A stretch of 64,000 nucleotides of DNA from Ureibacillus sp. Lineage in GTDB: Bacteria > Bacillota > Bacilli > Bacillales_A > Planococcaceae. The first letter of the stretch is position 1. Each line of letters opens with the position of its first letter. Positions 51,018-62,821 of the stretch are shown here, piece by piece. The position numbers were made by a program, and so were the translations under genes. The stretch spans positions 124,669 to 188,668 of the forward strand of contig JAPSJC010000001.1 of assembly GCA_031178355.1 (NCBI GenBank), written 5' to 3'. The notes below the pieces were generated by a model. The model searched no databases, was not told the origin of the DNA, and saw only the letters and a list, made by a program, of their open reading frames with translations.

Positions 51018-51422
51018 GTGGAGAAAAAATGGACAAAGACTAATTTAATACTTATTCCAATAGCCCTAATTGCGTTCATTGCGTACATTTCTCTAACGTT
51101 TAATGATCCAGTAAGCGAGCAGAATGATACGACCACTGCCGAGGGGAAACTCGAGCAAACTTTAAAGCAAATTAGAGGCGTTGGACAAGTAAAGGTGTAT
51201 TTGCATTACGATGAAAACGTACCAGTTGAAACTAGTTTGCTAGATGATTATTTTTCATCGGGTAAAGGTGAAAAAACTGTATCAGGTATGCTCATCGTAT
51301 CGGAAGGGGCTTCTGACCCAGCCATTAAAAACCAACTTTTGGAAACTATTAGTAGAGTAATGCAATTACCTACGCACAGAATCATGATTGTACCTATGGA
51401 GAGAAAAGGAGATGTAGAATGA
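51018..51422 (+). CDS. spoIIIAG: Shortened stage III sporulation protein AG
   Basis: N-terminal TM; LEQTLKQIRGVGQVKV and GMLIVSEGA.D..IK..L.E...RV.QLP.HRI ring-building-motif halves. Confidence 0.82.
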   Translation: MEKKWTKTNLILIPIALIAFIAYISLTFNDPVSEQNDTTTAEGKLEQTLKQIRGVGQVKVYLHYDENVPVETSLLDDYFSSGKGEKTVSGMLIVSEGASDPAIKNQLLETISRVMQLPTHRIMIVPMERKGDVE

Positions 51423-51964
51423 AAGTAAAAAGACGAACAGTATGGCTACTAACTTTATTTAGCTTAGCAGCTGTCATTTCAGTGTACTATCTATTTGAAG
51501 GGAATCGCGATGTGAATAACTTCTCAACAGTTTTCACGGACGATCCGCTAGAAGAAACAACTTTAACTGGTTTGGACCAAATTACAAATACGTCGACTTC
51601 TACAGAAAGCTATCTATTCGACGAATTAAGAATGGAACTAAGTAACGAACGTAGTCAATTAAGAACTCAATTAACAAATAAAATTGCATCAAATGAAGCA
51701 ACTAGCGAAGAGAAAAATGCTGCATTCAATGATATGAATGAATTAATTAAACAAGAATCTTCAGAAGCAATGTTAGAAATGTTAATAAAATCACTTGGCT
51801 ACTCTGATGCATTTGTACAAGTAGATGCAGATAAAGTACAAGTTAAAGTGTTAACAGATGCTGAGTTATCAACTCAACAAGCTAATGAAATTGCATTTAT
51901 GGTTAGGAAAGAAGTTGAAGATATCAGTAATGTTTCTGTAGCAGCTCAATCAAATTATTATTAA
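51419..51964 (+). CDS. spoIIIAH: Stage III sporulation protein AH
   Basis: TVWLLTLFSL..VISVYY, FDELRM....RS, LEMLIKSLGYSDAFV. Confidence 0.9.
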   Translation: MKVKRRTVWLLTLFSLAAVISVYYLFEGNRDVNNFSTVFTDDPLEETTLTGLDQITNTSTSTESYLFDELRMELSNERSQLRTQLTNKIASNEATSEEKNAAFNDMNELIKQESSEAMLEMLIKSLGYSDAFVQVDADKVQVKVLTDAELSTQQANEIAFMVRKEVEDISNVSVAAQSNYY

Positions 51965-51990
51965 TATAAATATTCACAAAGTTAATAGAG

Positions 51991-52029
51991 AAAAACAGTG
52001 CTACGTGTCAACCGGTAAGCACTGTTTTT
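51991..52029 (+). terminator. Terminator after spoIIIAH
   Basis: AAAAACAGTGCT/AGCACTGTTTTT. Confidence 0.75.
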
Positions 52030-52124
52030 ACATTAATTAAACAAAAAATAAATTATATGTTTCAAATTCCATTGAAAAACTATAAAATAGAATATGAAGT
52101 TATTTTACAAGAGGGGTGTTATCC

Positions 52125-52634
52125 GTGTTTAAAGTACAAGAACTACGCGAGATTATTAAATTAGTTGATGCATCATCAATTGAAGAATTCGTTTATGAAA
52201 ATGACGGCGCGAAGATAAAATTAAAAAAATCTAATAGTGGTGTTACAGAAGTAGTATTACCAAAGAAAGAAGAAGTAGCTCCTGTAGTACATCAAGCAGT
52301 AGTAGAACAGCCAGTAGCACAACCTGCTCTGCAACCCGTACAAGTTGCTACAACTGAAGAAGCACCAAAATCAACTACTACTAATGATGCGTTATTACAT
52401 AAAATCACATCACCAATGGTAGGAACGTTTTATCAAGCTCCATCACCAGATGCACCAGCTTATGTAAAAGTTGGAGACAAAGTTTCTGATGAGTCGATTG
52501 TTTGTATCGTGGAAGCGATGAAACTATTTAACGAAATTGAAGCTGAAATTAAAGGTGAAATTGTTGAAATATTAGTTAAAGATGGCCAATTAGTTGAATA
52601 TGGTCAACCATTATTTTTAGTGAGACCTGAGTAA
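52125..52634 (+). CDS. accB: Biotin carboxyl carrier protein
   Basis: [17 protein letters not shown] biotinylation motif. Confidence 0.96.
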   Translation: MFKVQELREIIKLVDASSIEEFVYENDGAKIKLKKSNSGVTEVVLPKKEEVAPVVHQAVVEQPVAQPALQPVQVATTEEAPKSTTTNDALLHKITSPMVGTFYQAPSPDAPAYVKVGDKVSDESIVCIVEAMKLFNEIEAEIKGEIVEILVKDGQLVEYGQPLFLVRPE

Positions 52635-52637
52635 GGG

Positions 52638-54023
52638 GTGACCAAATTGTTGAAAAAAGTATTGATAGCTAACCGTGGGGAAATTGCAGTACGTATAATT
52701 CGTGCATGTAAAGAACTAGGTATACAAAGTGTTGCTGTTTATTCAGAAGCAGACAAAGATGCACTACATGTAAAATTAGCAGATGAAGCCTATTGTATTG
52801 GTCCGAAGTTATCAAAAGATTCTTATTTGAGTTTTCCTGCAGTGTTAAGTGTTGCTGAAAAAACAGGTGTAGATGGGATACATCCCGGCTATGGATTTTT
52901 AGCTGAAAATGCTGATTTTGCGGAAGCGTGTGAAAAAGCGGGAATTAAATTCGTAGGTCCATCATCTGACTCAATTAAAATTATGGGTATCAAAGATGTC
53001 GCACGAAGCACAATGGAAGTAGCAGGAGTGCCATTAGTTCCTGGAACAGGCATAGTACCGGATATTGAAACTGGTAAAAAGTGGGCTGCTGAAATTGGAT
53101 ATCCTGTCATTATTAAAGCAACTGCCGGTGGTGGCGGTAAGGGTATTCGTGTTGCGCGTACTGAAGAAGATCTTGTGAAAGGGATCGAAATTACACAAAA
53201 AGAAGCTGCGGCAGCTTTCGGTAATCCAGGCGTGTACCTAGAAAAATTCATTGAATATTTCCGTCATTGTGAAATCCAAGTATTAGCTGATTCATATGGA
53301 AATGTTATACATTTAGGTGAACGTGATTGTACTGTACAACGCCGCATGCAAAAATTGGTTGAGGAAGCTCCATCACCTGCTCTAAGTGAAGAACGTCGTG
53401 CTGAAATGGGAGATGCTGCTGTCAAAGCTGCTCAAGCTTGTAACTATGAAGGTGCTGGTACAATTGAGTTTATTTACGATTATCAAGCGGACAAGTTCTA
53501 CTTTATGGAAATGAATACACGTATTCAAGTTGAACATCCAGTTACTGAAATGGTTACTGGTGTAGATCTAGTTCAACAGCAATTAAAAATTGCTTCTGGA
53601 GAAAAGTTACCATTTGTACAAGAAGATATTAAAATTAATGGTTGGGCAATTGAATGTCGTATTAATGCAGAAAATGCATATAAAAACTTTATGCCATCTG
53701 CTGGTACAGTGGATACGTACATCACTCCTGGTGGTTATGGCGTTCGTATTGATTCTGCTGTTTACGCTGGATATACAATTCCGCCGTTTTATGATTCAAT
53801 GGTGGCGAAGTTAATCGTTCATGCAGATACTCGTGAAGAAGCAATCGCTAAGATGAACCGTGCATTAAGTGAATTTGTTGTAGAAGGACCTGGTATTCAT
53901 ACAACAATTCCTTTCCATGAAGCACTTATGAACAATGAAGTATTCCAATCTGGAGAATTCAATACGAAACTCTTAGAGGAAAATGATATTTTAAATATTA
54001 AAAAAGATACTGTAACAAAATAA
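52638..54023 (+). CDS. accC: Biotin carboxylase
   Basis: ANRGEIA, HPGYGFLAEN, GGGGKG, EMNTRIQVEH. Confidence 0.96.
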   Translation: MTKLLKKVLIANRGEIAVRIIRACKELGIQSVAVYSEADKDALHVKLADEAYCIGPKLSKDSYLSFPAVLSVAEKTGVDGIHPGYGFLAENADFAEACEKAGIKFVGPSSDSIKIMGIKDVARSTMEVAGVPLVPGTGIVPDIETGKKWAAEIGYPVIIKATAGGGGKGIRVARTEEDLVKGIEITQKEAAAAFGNPGVYLEKFIEYFRHCEIQVLADSYGNVIHLGERDCTVQRRMQKLVEEAPSPALSEERRAEMGDAAVKAAQACNYEGAGTIEFIYDYQADKFYFMEMNTRIQVEHPVTEMVTGVDLVQQQLKIASGEKLPFVQEDIKINGWAIECRINAENAYKNFMPSAGTVDTYITPGGYGVRIDSAVYAGYTIPPFYDSMVAKLIVHADTREEAIAKMNRALSEFVVEGPGIHTTIPFHEALMNNEVFQSGEFNTKLLEENDILNIKKDTVTK

Positions 54024-54030
54024 TGTTATG

Positions 54031-54073
54031 AAAATGTGTAGACATGGTTGTAGATCATTTGTCTACACATTTT
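54031..54073 (+). terminator. Terminator after accC
   Basis: AAAATGTGTAGACA/TGTCTACACATTTT. Confidence 0.7.
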
Positions 54074-54196
54074 TATATGAAAAATTCTTACTATGTGTTA
54101 TTTCAAGCAACAACATATAAAATGTTGTATACTTAAATAAGTTAATGTTCGGTGGTTAAACGTATGTTTTCGCTGAAGAAAGAGAGGATGAAGAAG

Positions 54197-54601
54197 ATGG
54201 CTGACAAAGTAACAAAAACTTTTGTACAACCAACTCCTTCTGGTAAAGAAGAACTTGGTCAAATTGAAGTAGCCCCTGAAGTGATTGAAGTAATCGCGGG
54301 TATTGCAACTACTGAAATTGAAGGCGTAGCAGCAACACGTGGAAACTTTGCTTCTGGTGTAGCGGAACGATTTGGGAAAAAAGTACACTCTAAAGGTGTA
54401 AAAGCTACTTTATCAGATGATGGAGACATCATTATTGATGTTTATTGTTCAGTAAAGTATGGTTACTCCATACCAAAAGTAGCGAAAGATATTCAAACGT
54501 CTATTAGACAAGCGATATTTAATATGACTTCAATTGATACGAGTGAAGTGAATATTCATATCACTGCAATACAATTTGATGCAATGAAAGAACAAGAATA
54601 G
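54197..54601 (+). CDS. yqhY: Asp23/Gls24 family protein YqhY
   Basis: LGQIEVAPEVIEVIAGIA, KGVK, VNIHI; follows accC. Confidence 0.9.
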   Translation: MADKVTKTFVQPTPSGKEELGQIEVAPEVIEVIAGIATTEIEGVAATRGNFASGVAERFGKKVHSKGVKATLSDDGDIIIDVYCSVKYGYSIPKVAKDIQTSIRQAIFNMTSIDTSEVNIHITAIQFDAMKEQE

Positions 54602-54702
54602 TCTAATATTCTATGATGGTTAACCCTTCCTTGGAGAGAGGTAGGGTTTTTTATATTCAAATAGTGTGTAAAAGCAAAAACTGATTTTATATAGTGAATT
54701 GA

Positions 54703-54740
54703 AAAAGCCGACTATGAGGTAGGTACCTCTAGTCGGCTTT
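54703..54740 (-). terminator. csp terminator
   Basis: AAAGCCGACTA/TAGTCGGCTTT. Confidence 0.75.
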
Positions 54741-54770
54741 AAACTTTCTATGTTGTCATTCAACGAAGAA

Positions 54771-54971
54771 TTAAAGTTTAACTACGTTAGTAGCTTGTGG
54801 TCCACGGTTTCCTTCTTCAACTGAGAATTCAACTTTTTGACCTTCTTCTAGTGATTTGAAACCTTCGCCTTGAATAGCAGAGAAGTGTACGAATACATCG
54901 TTTCCACCTTCAACTTCGATAAATCCAAAACCTTTTTCTGAGTTAAACCATTTTACTGTACCTTGAGTCAT
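54771..54971 (-). CDS. Cold-shock protein (CspA family)
   Basis: [29 protein letters not shown]. Confidence 0.97.
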   Translation of the reverse strand: MTQGTVKWFNSEKGFGFIEVEGGNDVFVHFSAIQGEGFKSLEEGQKVEFSVEEGNRGPQATNVVKL

Positions 54972-55143
54972 TTAAAAGACCTCCAAAAAATTTATTATAG
55001 TTAAGACCAGTCATTGTAAAAAAATTCACACATTATAAAAAGCATCGAATGTTCACCGATACTTTTTGTAACATGTGAATTCTTTAATAACTTAGATTTT
55101 TAACTAGTTACTAAAATATACATTAAATATTTACCAATGTCAA
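54972..55143 (-). promoter_or_regulatory. csp sigma-A promoter and long structured 5'UTR
   Basis: On the minus strand TTGACA (55143-55138)-N17-TATATT; about 135-nt leader with hairpin AATTCACA...TGTGAATT. Confidence 0.7.
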
Positions 55144-55259
55144 CAAATTTACTAAAAGTTTTAAATTTCCTTAATTAACATTACAATTAAAGTAGGAATA
55201 TTATTGTGAAAACTGAAATATTAATTAACAAAAATTATATGTAATTGGGGGGATTATAA

Positions 55260-56750
<1,491 letters not shown>

Positions 56751-56759
56751 AACTATTTA

Positions 56760-56800
56760 AAAAAAGACTAATCTCGAGATTTTGGATTTTAGTCTTTTTT
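56760..56800 (+). terminator. glpK terminator
   Basis: AAAAAAGACTAA/TTAGTCTTTTTT. Confidence 0.7.
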
Positions 56801-56972
56801 ATTGGAAACAAAACTGAGTAGTAAAATATTCTTTAATACCAAAAATGCTTTCAAAAAATTACGTTTTACAATGAATCCTTTTTTAGAATTTTGAAACTTG
56901 TTTGAACGTGTATATGATTAGCTAAAATATGTTATTATAGGTCTTAATGTTACTAAAGAAGGAGATTTATAC

Positions 56973-57353
56973 ATGAAACGACATGAAGCGCGTAGTAAAG
57001 CAATGCAAGTATTGTTTCAGTTAGATAATACAGAGCTAACTTTAGATGAAGCAATTGGACATGTTCTCGAAGAAGAAAAGAGTGATACATTCTTTGAAAC
57101 ACTAGTTCGAGGTACAGCAGAAAAAAAACAAGAAATAGATACTGCGCTTGAGCAAAAATTAGAAAACTGGTCATTAAGCAGACTACCAAAAATTGAAAGA
57201 ACGGTTCTGCGCATAGCAGTTTATGAACTATTGTACATGGACGATACACCAAAAAGCGTTGTGTTAAACGAAGCAATTGAGCTTTGTAAAACATATGGTG
57301 ATGAAAAATCAAGTAAATTTGTCAACGGTGTTCTATCAAAATTCTTAGACTAG
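56973..57353 (+). CDS. nusB: Transcription antitermination factor NusB
   Basis: RHEAR..A.Q.LF, W.L.RL, NEAIEL.K.YG, FVNGVL. Confidence 0.95.
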   Translation: MKRHEARSKAMQVLFQLDNTELTLDEAIGHVLEEEKSDTFFETLVRGTAEKKQEIDTALEQKLENWSLSRLPKIERTVLRIAVYELLYMDDTPKSVVLNEAIELCKTYGDEKSSKFVNGVLSKFLD

Positions 57354-57374
57354 GTTTTTACTGGAAGGAGAAAT

Positions 57375-58238
57375 ATGTTAATGGCAAGCATTATTAATGG
57401 TATAGAAATAGGGCAACAAATTCGACAATCAATTGCAGACCGTGTTGTAAACTTAAAAGAACAAGGTATTACAGCCGGTCTTGCTGTAATTTTAGTTGGG
57501 GATAACCCAGCCTCACAAACATATGTTAAAAATAAACAAAAATCATGTGAAGCAATTGGAATCTATTCTGAACTCATTAAACTACCTGAAGAAACGACAG
57601 AAACAGAATTATTAGAGCACATACAACAATTAAATGAACGTCAAGAAATTCATGGAATTTTAGTTCAACTACCACTTCCTAAACATATAAATGAAGATCA
57701 TGTGATCGCTACTATTTCCCCAGAAAAGGATGTAGACGGTTTTTCTCCTGTTAGTGTAGGTAAAATGATGCTTGGCCAAGAAACATATCTACCATGTACT
57801 CCATTTGGTGTTATGAAACTACTTGAGCACTCTGGTGTTGAGATAGCTGGTAAACATGCTGTAATAGTAGGTAGAAGTCATATAGTAGGTAAGCCTATGG
57901 GTCAATTATTATTACAAAAAGATGCGACAGTTACATATACACATTCTAAAACAATTGATCTACCATCTATTACAAAACAAGCTGATATTTTAATTGCTGC
58001 TGTTGGAAGACCTAACTTCATTACAAAAGAGCATCTCAAACCAGGTGCTGTTGTAATCGATGTTGGAATAAATCGTGATGAGAATAATAAGTTAGTTGGT
58101 GATGTCGATTTTGCAGGTGTGGAATCGGTAGCATCACAAATTACTCCAGTACCAGGTGGAGTGGGTCCAATGACGATTACGATGTTACTTTATAACACAG
58201 TACAATCAGCTGAAAATACTTTACAACAGGACAAATGA
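57375..58238 (+). CDS. folD: Methylenetetrahydrofolate dehydrogenase/cyclohydrolase
   Basis: YVKNK, VQLPLP, KDVDG, PCTP, GRS..VGKP, PVPGGVGPMT. Confidence 0.96.
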   Translation: MLMASIINGIEIGQQIRQSIADRVVNLKEQGITAGLAVILVGDNPASQTYVKNKQKSCEAIGIYSELIKLPEETTETELLEHIQQLNERQEIHGILVQLPLPKHINEDHVIATISPEKDVDGFSPVSVGKMMLGQETYLPCTPFGVMKLLEHSGVEIAGKHAVIVGRSHIVGKPMGQLLLQKDATVTYTHSKTIDLPSITKQADILIAAVGRPNFITKEHLKPGAVVIDVGINRDENNKLVGDVDFAGVESVASQITPVPGGVGPMTITMLLYNTVQSAENTLQQDK

Positions 58239-58347
58239 TTGTAAAACATGTAGAATGAATATACAGAAGCTGTTTTTCTGATGAGAAACAGCTTTTATTT
58301 TGGCGTCAGTTACTTAAAATAGAAATATAGAAAAGGAGTCGTCGTAT

Positions 58348-59703
58348 ATGACAACGTCTTCTTATTTAACAGTAAAGGCCTTAACTAAATATATTAAAAG
58401 AAAGTTCGACGCAGATCCCCATTTACGTGATGTCCATGTAAAAGGTGAACTCTCGAATGTAAAAATACATACATCCGGTCATATCTATTTTACTTTAAAA
58501 GATGAAGAAACACGCATTTCAGCTACTATGTTTCGTACCCAGGCAAGTAAATTGAAGTTTAGACCAGAGGAAGGTATGCAAGTATTTATACGTGGCGATG
58601 TATCCGTATACGAATCCTCCGGTAACTATCAATTATATGCTCAATCTATGGAACCAGATGGTGTTGGGGGCCTATTTATTGCATTTAATCAACTAAAAGA
58701 AAAGTTGCAAAAAGAAGGACTATTCAACCCGAATTTTAAGCAGCAAGTTCCTATGTTCCCGAAAACAATTGGTGTCTTAACTGCAACTACAGGTGCAGCC
58801 ATTCGTGACATTTGTACAACCATTACAAGAAGATATCCATTAGCTGAAATTGTCATATACCCAACACTAGTTCAAGGTGCACAAGCAGCACCGAATATTG
58901 TGAAAAATATTCGACTAGCGAATGAACAACAATTTTGTGAGGTATTAATTGTTGGACGAGGTGGGGGTTCAATTGAAGATTTATGGGCATTTAACGAAGA
59001 AATAGTTGCTCGTGCAATTTTTGAAAGTAGAATCCCTATTATTAGTGCTGTTGGCCATGAGACAGATACAACCATCGCGGATTTTGTTGCAGATTTACGG
59101 GCACCAACCCCAACTGCAGCTGCTGAGTTATCTGTTCCACATCAACAAGAGTTATATCAACGAATTCTTACAAGTAAATCTTATTTGCATCAAATCATGA
59201 CATCAAAGTTGAAGTTAGAGCGGAATCGTTTAAAAAAGCTTCAAAATTCTTATCCTCTGGCAACTCCTGAGAGATTATATAGACCGTTTACGGAAAAAAT
59301 GATTACTCTAGATATGCGTTTATCACGTTCAAGCCAAGTTTATGTAATGAAAAAAAGAAATGAATTACAGAGACTAGATGGATCAATTAAAATGTATTCT
59401 CCAAAAAATGCAATTCGTTACTATGGAAAGCAATTAAATCACACAACGAATATATTAACTAGATCTGCTATTAATTTGCTGAATATTAAAAAAGACTCTT
59501 ATCTGTCAATCATACGAACATTAGAAGCTCTAAATCCACTTACCATTATGAATAAGGGCTTTAGTGTTACATTCAAAGATGATAAAGTAGTTAATTCAGT
59601 CTCACAATTAACGGAAAATGATGAAATTAAGGTGAAATTTCAAGATGGTGAGGCAACAGCAAAAATAATTAATACCCAAATAAATCCGGGAGGCAACAAA
59701 TAA
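58348..59703 (+). CDS. xseA: Exodeoxyribonuclease VII large subunit
   Basis: GELSN, SGHIYFTLKD, RGGGSIEDLWAFN, SAVGHETD, RAPTPTAAA. Confidence 0.96.
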   Translation: MTTSSYLTVKALTKYIKRKFDADPHLRDVHVKGELSNVKIHTSGHIYFTLKDEETRISATMFRTQASKLKFRPEEGMQVFIRGDVSVYESSGNYQLYAQSMEPDGVGGLFIAFNQLKEKLQKEGLFNPNFKQQVPMFPKTIGVLTATTGAAIRDICTTITRRYPLAEIVIYPTLVQGAQAAPNIVKNIRLANEQQFCEVLIVGRGGGSIEDLWAFNEEIVARAIFESRIPIISAVGHETDTTIADFVADLRAPTPTAAAELSVPHQQELYQRILTSKSYLHQIMTSKLKLERNRLKKLQNSYPLATPERLYRPFTEKMITLDMRLSRSSQVYVMKKRNELQRLDGSIKMYSPKNAIRYYGKQLNHTTNILTRSAINLLNIKKDSYLSIIRTLEALNPLTIMNKGFSVTFKDDKVVNSVSQLTENDEIKVKFQDGEATAKIINTQINPGGNK

Positions 59704-59704
59704 T

Positions 59705-59929
59705 ATGACGAAGCAACAATCTTTTGCTGAAGCAATGTCAGAACTCGAAGTGATTGTTCAAAAGCTTGAACAAGGTGAGGTTCCTCTAGAAGAAGCGATT
59801 GATTTATATAAAAAAGGGATGGAACTATCTCATTTTTGTCATGAGAAATTACAAAATGCTGAACAGCAATTAATATCAATAGTAAATGAAAATGGTGAAA
59901 AACAACCATTTGAACCAACTAGTGAATGA
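59705..59929 (+). CDS. xseB: Exodeoxyribonuclease VII small subunit
   Basis: F.EA..ELE.IV.KLE.G..PLEEAI..Y..GM.L...C..KL..AE. Confidence 0.95.
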   Translation: MTKQQSFAEAMSELEVIVQKLEQGEVPLEEAIDLYKKGMELSHFCHEKLQNAEQQLISIVNENGEKQPFEPTSE

Positions 59930-59939
59930 GGTAAGTTAA

Positions 59940-60824
59940 ATGACGAAACGATTAAAAAACTTTATGGACGAACAAATGCTAATGATTGATGATGAATTGT
60001 ATTCATTAGTTGAAAAAATCATTGCACCAAAACACTTAAAAGAATCCATGCTTTATTCATTAAAAGCTGGAGGTAAAAGGATTAGACCACTATTTGTTTT
60101 AGCCGTTAGTCAAATGTTTAATAATAAACAAAAAGAGGCTTATACAGTGGCTGCTGCAGTTGAAATGATTCATACGTATTCATTAATACATGATGATTTA
60201 CCAAGTATGGATAACGATGAATTGCGAAGAGGGAAACCAACGAACCATGTAGTATACGGAGAAGCATTAGCTACCCTTGCTGGTGATGCACTTAATACAC
60301 TAAGTTTTGGTGTACTAGCAAGAATGAAAAACATTACTCCTGACATTAAAATAGAACTTATAAACCTTTTAAGCGTTGCTGCTGGAGCTGAAGGTATGGT
60401 AGGAGGACAAGTTCTTGATATTGATGGAGAAACACGTCAATTAAGTTTAGAAGAGCTTGAAAACGTTCATTTGAACAAAACTGGAGCACTTTTACGTTTC
60501 AGTATAGAATCTGGCGCGGTTTTATCCAATGCAACTGAAGAAGAAAGAAAAAATTTAGTTGAATACGCACATCATATTGGGCTAGCTTTCCAAATACAAG
60601 ATGACATCTTAGATATCGAAGCAACTTCTGAAGAGTTAGGTAAAACAGCAGGAAAGGACGTTGCAAGTAATAAAAGCACATATCCTGCAATTTTATCACT
60701 GGAAGGTGCAAAAAATAAGTTGAATGAGCATTACGAAATAGCAATATCATGTTTAAATAAGTTACAAGTTGACACTTCTATTTTAAAAGAACTTTCAGAG
60801 TACATTGTGCGTCGTAACAAATAA
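59940..60824 (+). CDS. ispA: Farnesyl diphosphate synthase
   Basis: GGKRIRP, SLIHDDLPSMD, RRG, FQIQDDILD. Confidence 0.95.
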   Translation: MTKRLKNFMDEQMLMIDDELYSLVEKIIAPKHLKESMLYSLKAGGKRIRPLFVLAVSQMFNNKQKEAYTVAAAVEMIHTYSLIHDDLPSMDNDELRRGKPTNHVVYGEALATLAGDALNTLSFGVLARMKNITPDIKIELINLLSVAAGAEGMVGGQVLDIDGETRQLSLEELENVHLNKTGALLRFSIESGAVLSNATEEERKNLVEYAHHIGLAFQIQDDILDIEATSEELGKTAGKDVASNKSTYPAILSLEGAKNKLNEHYEIAISCLNKLQVDTSILKELSEYIVRRNK

Positions 60825-60919
60825 TATAAATGTATTACTTTTGAATATGTTTGAACACTGATATAATAAGAAAAATAAAATTACTATTATTAATAATTTG
60901 ATGAAAAGGTGTGTGAGAG

Positions 60920-62821
60920 ATGGATTTAAATAATATTACTAGTCCATCCTTTTTAAAAAAATTAAATAAAAACGAATTGGAAGAATTAGCGAGTGAAATC
61001 CGCTCTTTTCTCATAAAAAAGTGCTCTATTACTGGTGGCCATATCGGACCAAACCTCGGTGTTGTGGAGTTAACAATCGCTTTACACAGAGCGTTTAATA
61101 GTCCTAAAGACAAATTCATTTGGGATGTTGGTCATCAAACATATGTTCATAAAATCTTAACAGGACGTGCCAATCAATTTGATACGTTACGTCAATACAA
61201 AGGTTTAAGTGGATTTCCAAAACGCAATGAGAGTGAACATGATGAGTGGGAGACTGGACATAGTTCTACTTCATTATCTGCTGCAATGGGAATGGCAGTA
61301 GCAAGAGATCTTAAGAAAGAAGATTCTTATATTGTACCAATCATTGGTGATGGTGCTCTTACTGGTGGTATGGCATTAGAAGCATTAAATCATATTGGTC
61401 ATGAAAAAACGAGAATGATCGTCATCTTAAATGACAACGAGATGTCAATTGCTCCTAACGTTGGAGCCCTTCATAATATTCTAGGTAGACTTCGTACTGC
61501 AAAAGAATACTCGAAGGCAAAAGAAGAGTTAGAATCACTAATGAAAAAAGTCCCCGTACTTGGTGATAAATTAGCAAGTACAGCAGAACGTTTAAAAGAT
61601 AGTTTAAAATATTTAGTTGTATCAGGTGTTTTCTTCGAAGAAATGGGATTCAAATATTTAGGTCCAATCGATGGCCATGATATTGATTCGCTTGAAAAAA
61701 CATTAGATTATGCGAAAAAAGCAAAAGGCCCAGTACTAGTACATGTTATTACAAAAAAAGGTAAAGGTTATAAACCTGCCGAAGAGGATACAGTAGGTAC
61801 TTGGCATGGTACGGGTCCTTACAAGATGGAAACAGGGGATTTTGTAAAGAGTAAAGTAAAAGGTCCTGCTTGGAGTAGTTTAGTATCTGAATCTGTTCGC
61901 AAATTAATGAAGCAAGATCAAAGAATCGTTGCGATTACACCTGCGATGCCAGTTGGATCAAAAATGGAAGGCATTCAAAAAGACTTTCCAAATCGTTTCT
62001 TTGATGTTGGGATTGCAGAACAACATGCAGTCACAATGGCTGCAGGATTGGCAACTCAAGGAATGAAACCGTTTTTAGCGATATATTCAACATTTTTACA
62101 AAGAGCTTATGATCAAGTTTTACACGATGTAGCTCGTCAAAATTTGAATGTATTTATTGGAATTGACCGTGCAGGATTAGTAGGTGCGGATGGTGAAACT
62201 CATCAAGGTGTCTACGATATTTCATTTTTACGACATATACCTAATTTAGTTCTTATGATGCCTAAAGATGAAAATGAAGGACAACATATGGTCAAAACTG
62301 CCATTGAATATAATGATGGACCAATTGCAATGCGTTACCCTCGTGGTAATGGTTATGGTGTTCCATTAGACGAAGAAATGACAACAATTCCTATAGGTAG
62401 TTGGGAAGTTTTAAAAGAAGGTCGTGCAGCAACGATATTAACCTTTGGTACAACGATTCCTATGGTCATGGAAGCTGCAAAAGAATTGGCTAGTAAAGGG
62501 ATTGAAGTAAAAGTTGTCAATGCTCGTTTTATAAAGCCAATGGATGAGGAATTGTTACATGAAATTATGTCTACTAACGTGCCTGTTTTAACCGTTGAAG
62601 AGTCAGTATTACAAGGTGGCTTTGGTAGTGCTGTACTTGAATTTGCAGGTGACAACAACTACCATAATCAAATTGAACGAATTGGTATTCCAGATCAGTT
62701 TATAGAACAGGGTAGTGTTGATTTGTTACTTGAAGAAATTCATATTACAAAAGAACAAGTAGTTGAACAAATTCAACAACTTGTAATAAACAAAGACCGA
62801 CTAGGAACGAAAACAGTATGA
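60920..62821 (+). CDS. dxs: 1-deoxy-D-xylulose-5-phosphate synthase
   Basis: [35 protein letters not shown]. Confidence 0.97.
   Translation: MDLNNITSPSFLKKLNKNELEELASEIRSFLIKKCSITGGHIGPNLGVVELTIALHRAFNSPKDKFIWDVGHQTYVHKILTGRANQFDTLRQYKGLSGFPKRNESEHDEWETGHSSTSLSAAMGMAVARDLKKEDSYIVPIIGDGALTGGMALEALNHIGHEKTRMIVILNDNEMSIAPNVGALHNILGRLRTAKEYSKAKEELESLMKKVPVLGDKLASTAERLKDSLKYLVVSGVFFEEMGFKYLGPIDGHDIDSLEKTLDYAKKAKGPVLVHVITKKGKGYKPAEEDTVGTWHGTGPYKMETGDFVKSKVKGPAWSSLVSESVRKLMKQDQRIVAITPAMPVGSKMEGIQKDFPNRFFDVGIAEQHAVTMAAGLATQGMKPFLAIYSTFLQRAYDQVLHDVARQNLNVFIGIDRAGLVGADGETHQGVYDISFLRHIPNLVLMMPKDENEGQHMVKTAIEYNDGPIAMRYPRGNGYGVPLDEEMTTIPIGSWEVLKEGRAATILTFGTTIPMVMEAAKELASKGIEVKVVNARFIKPMDEELLHEIMSTNVPVLTVEESVLQGGFGSAVLEFAGDNNYHNQIERIGIPDQFIEQGSVDLLLEEIHITKEQVVEQIQQLVINKDRLGTKTV

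Noticed and set aside
50842-51048. 68-aa basic ORF between spoIIIAE and AG
   Set aside because: No RBS, no hydrophobic segment, and it spans the P2 promoter; the coupled 44-aa frame at 50810 fits better.
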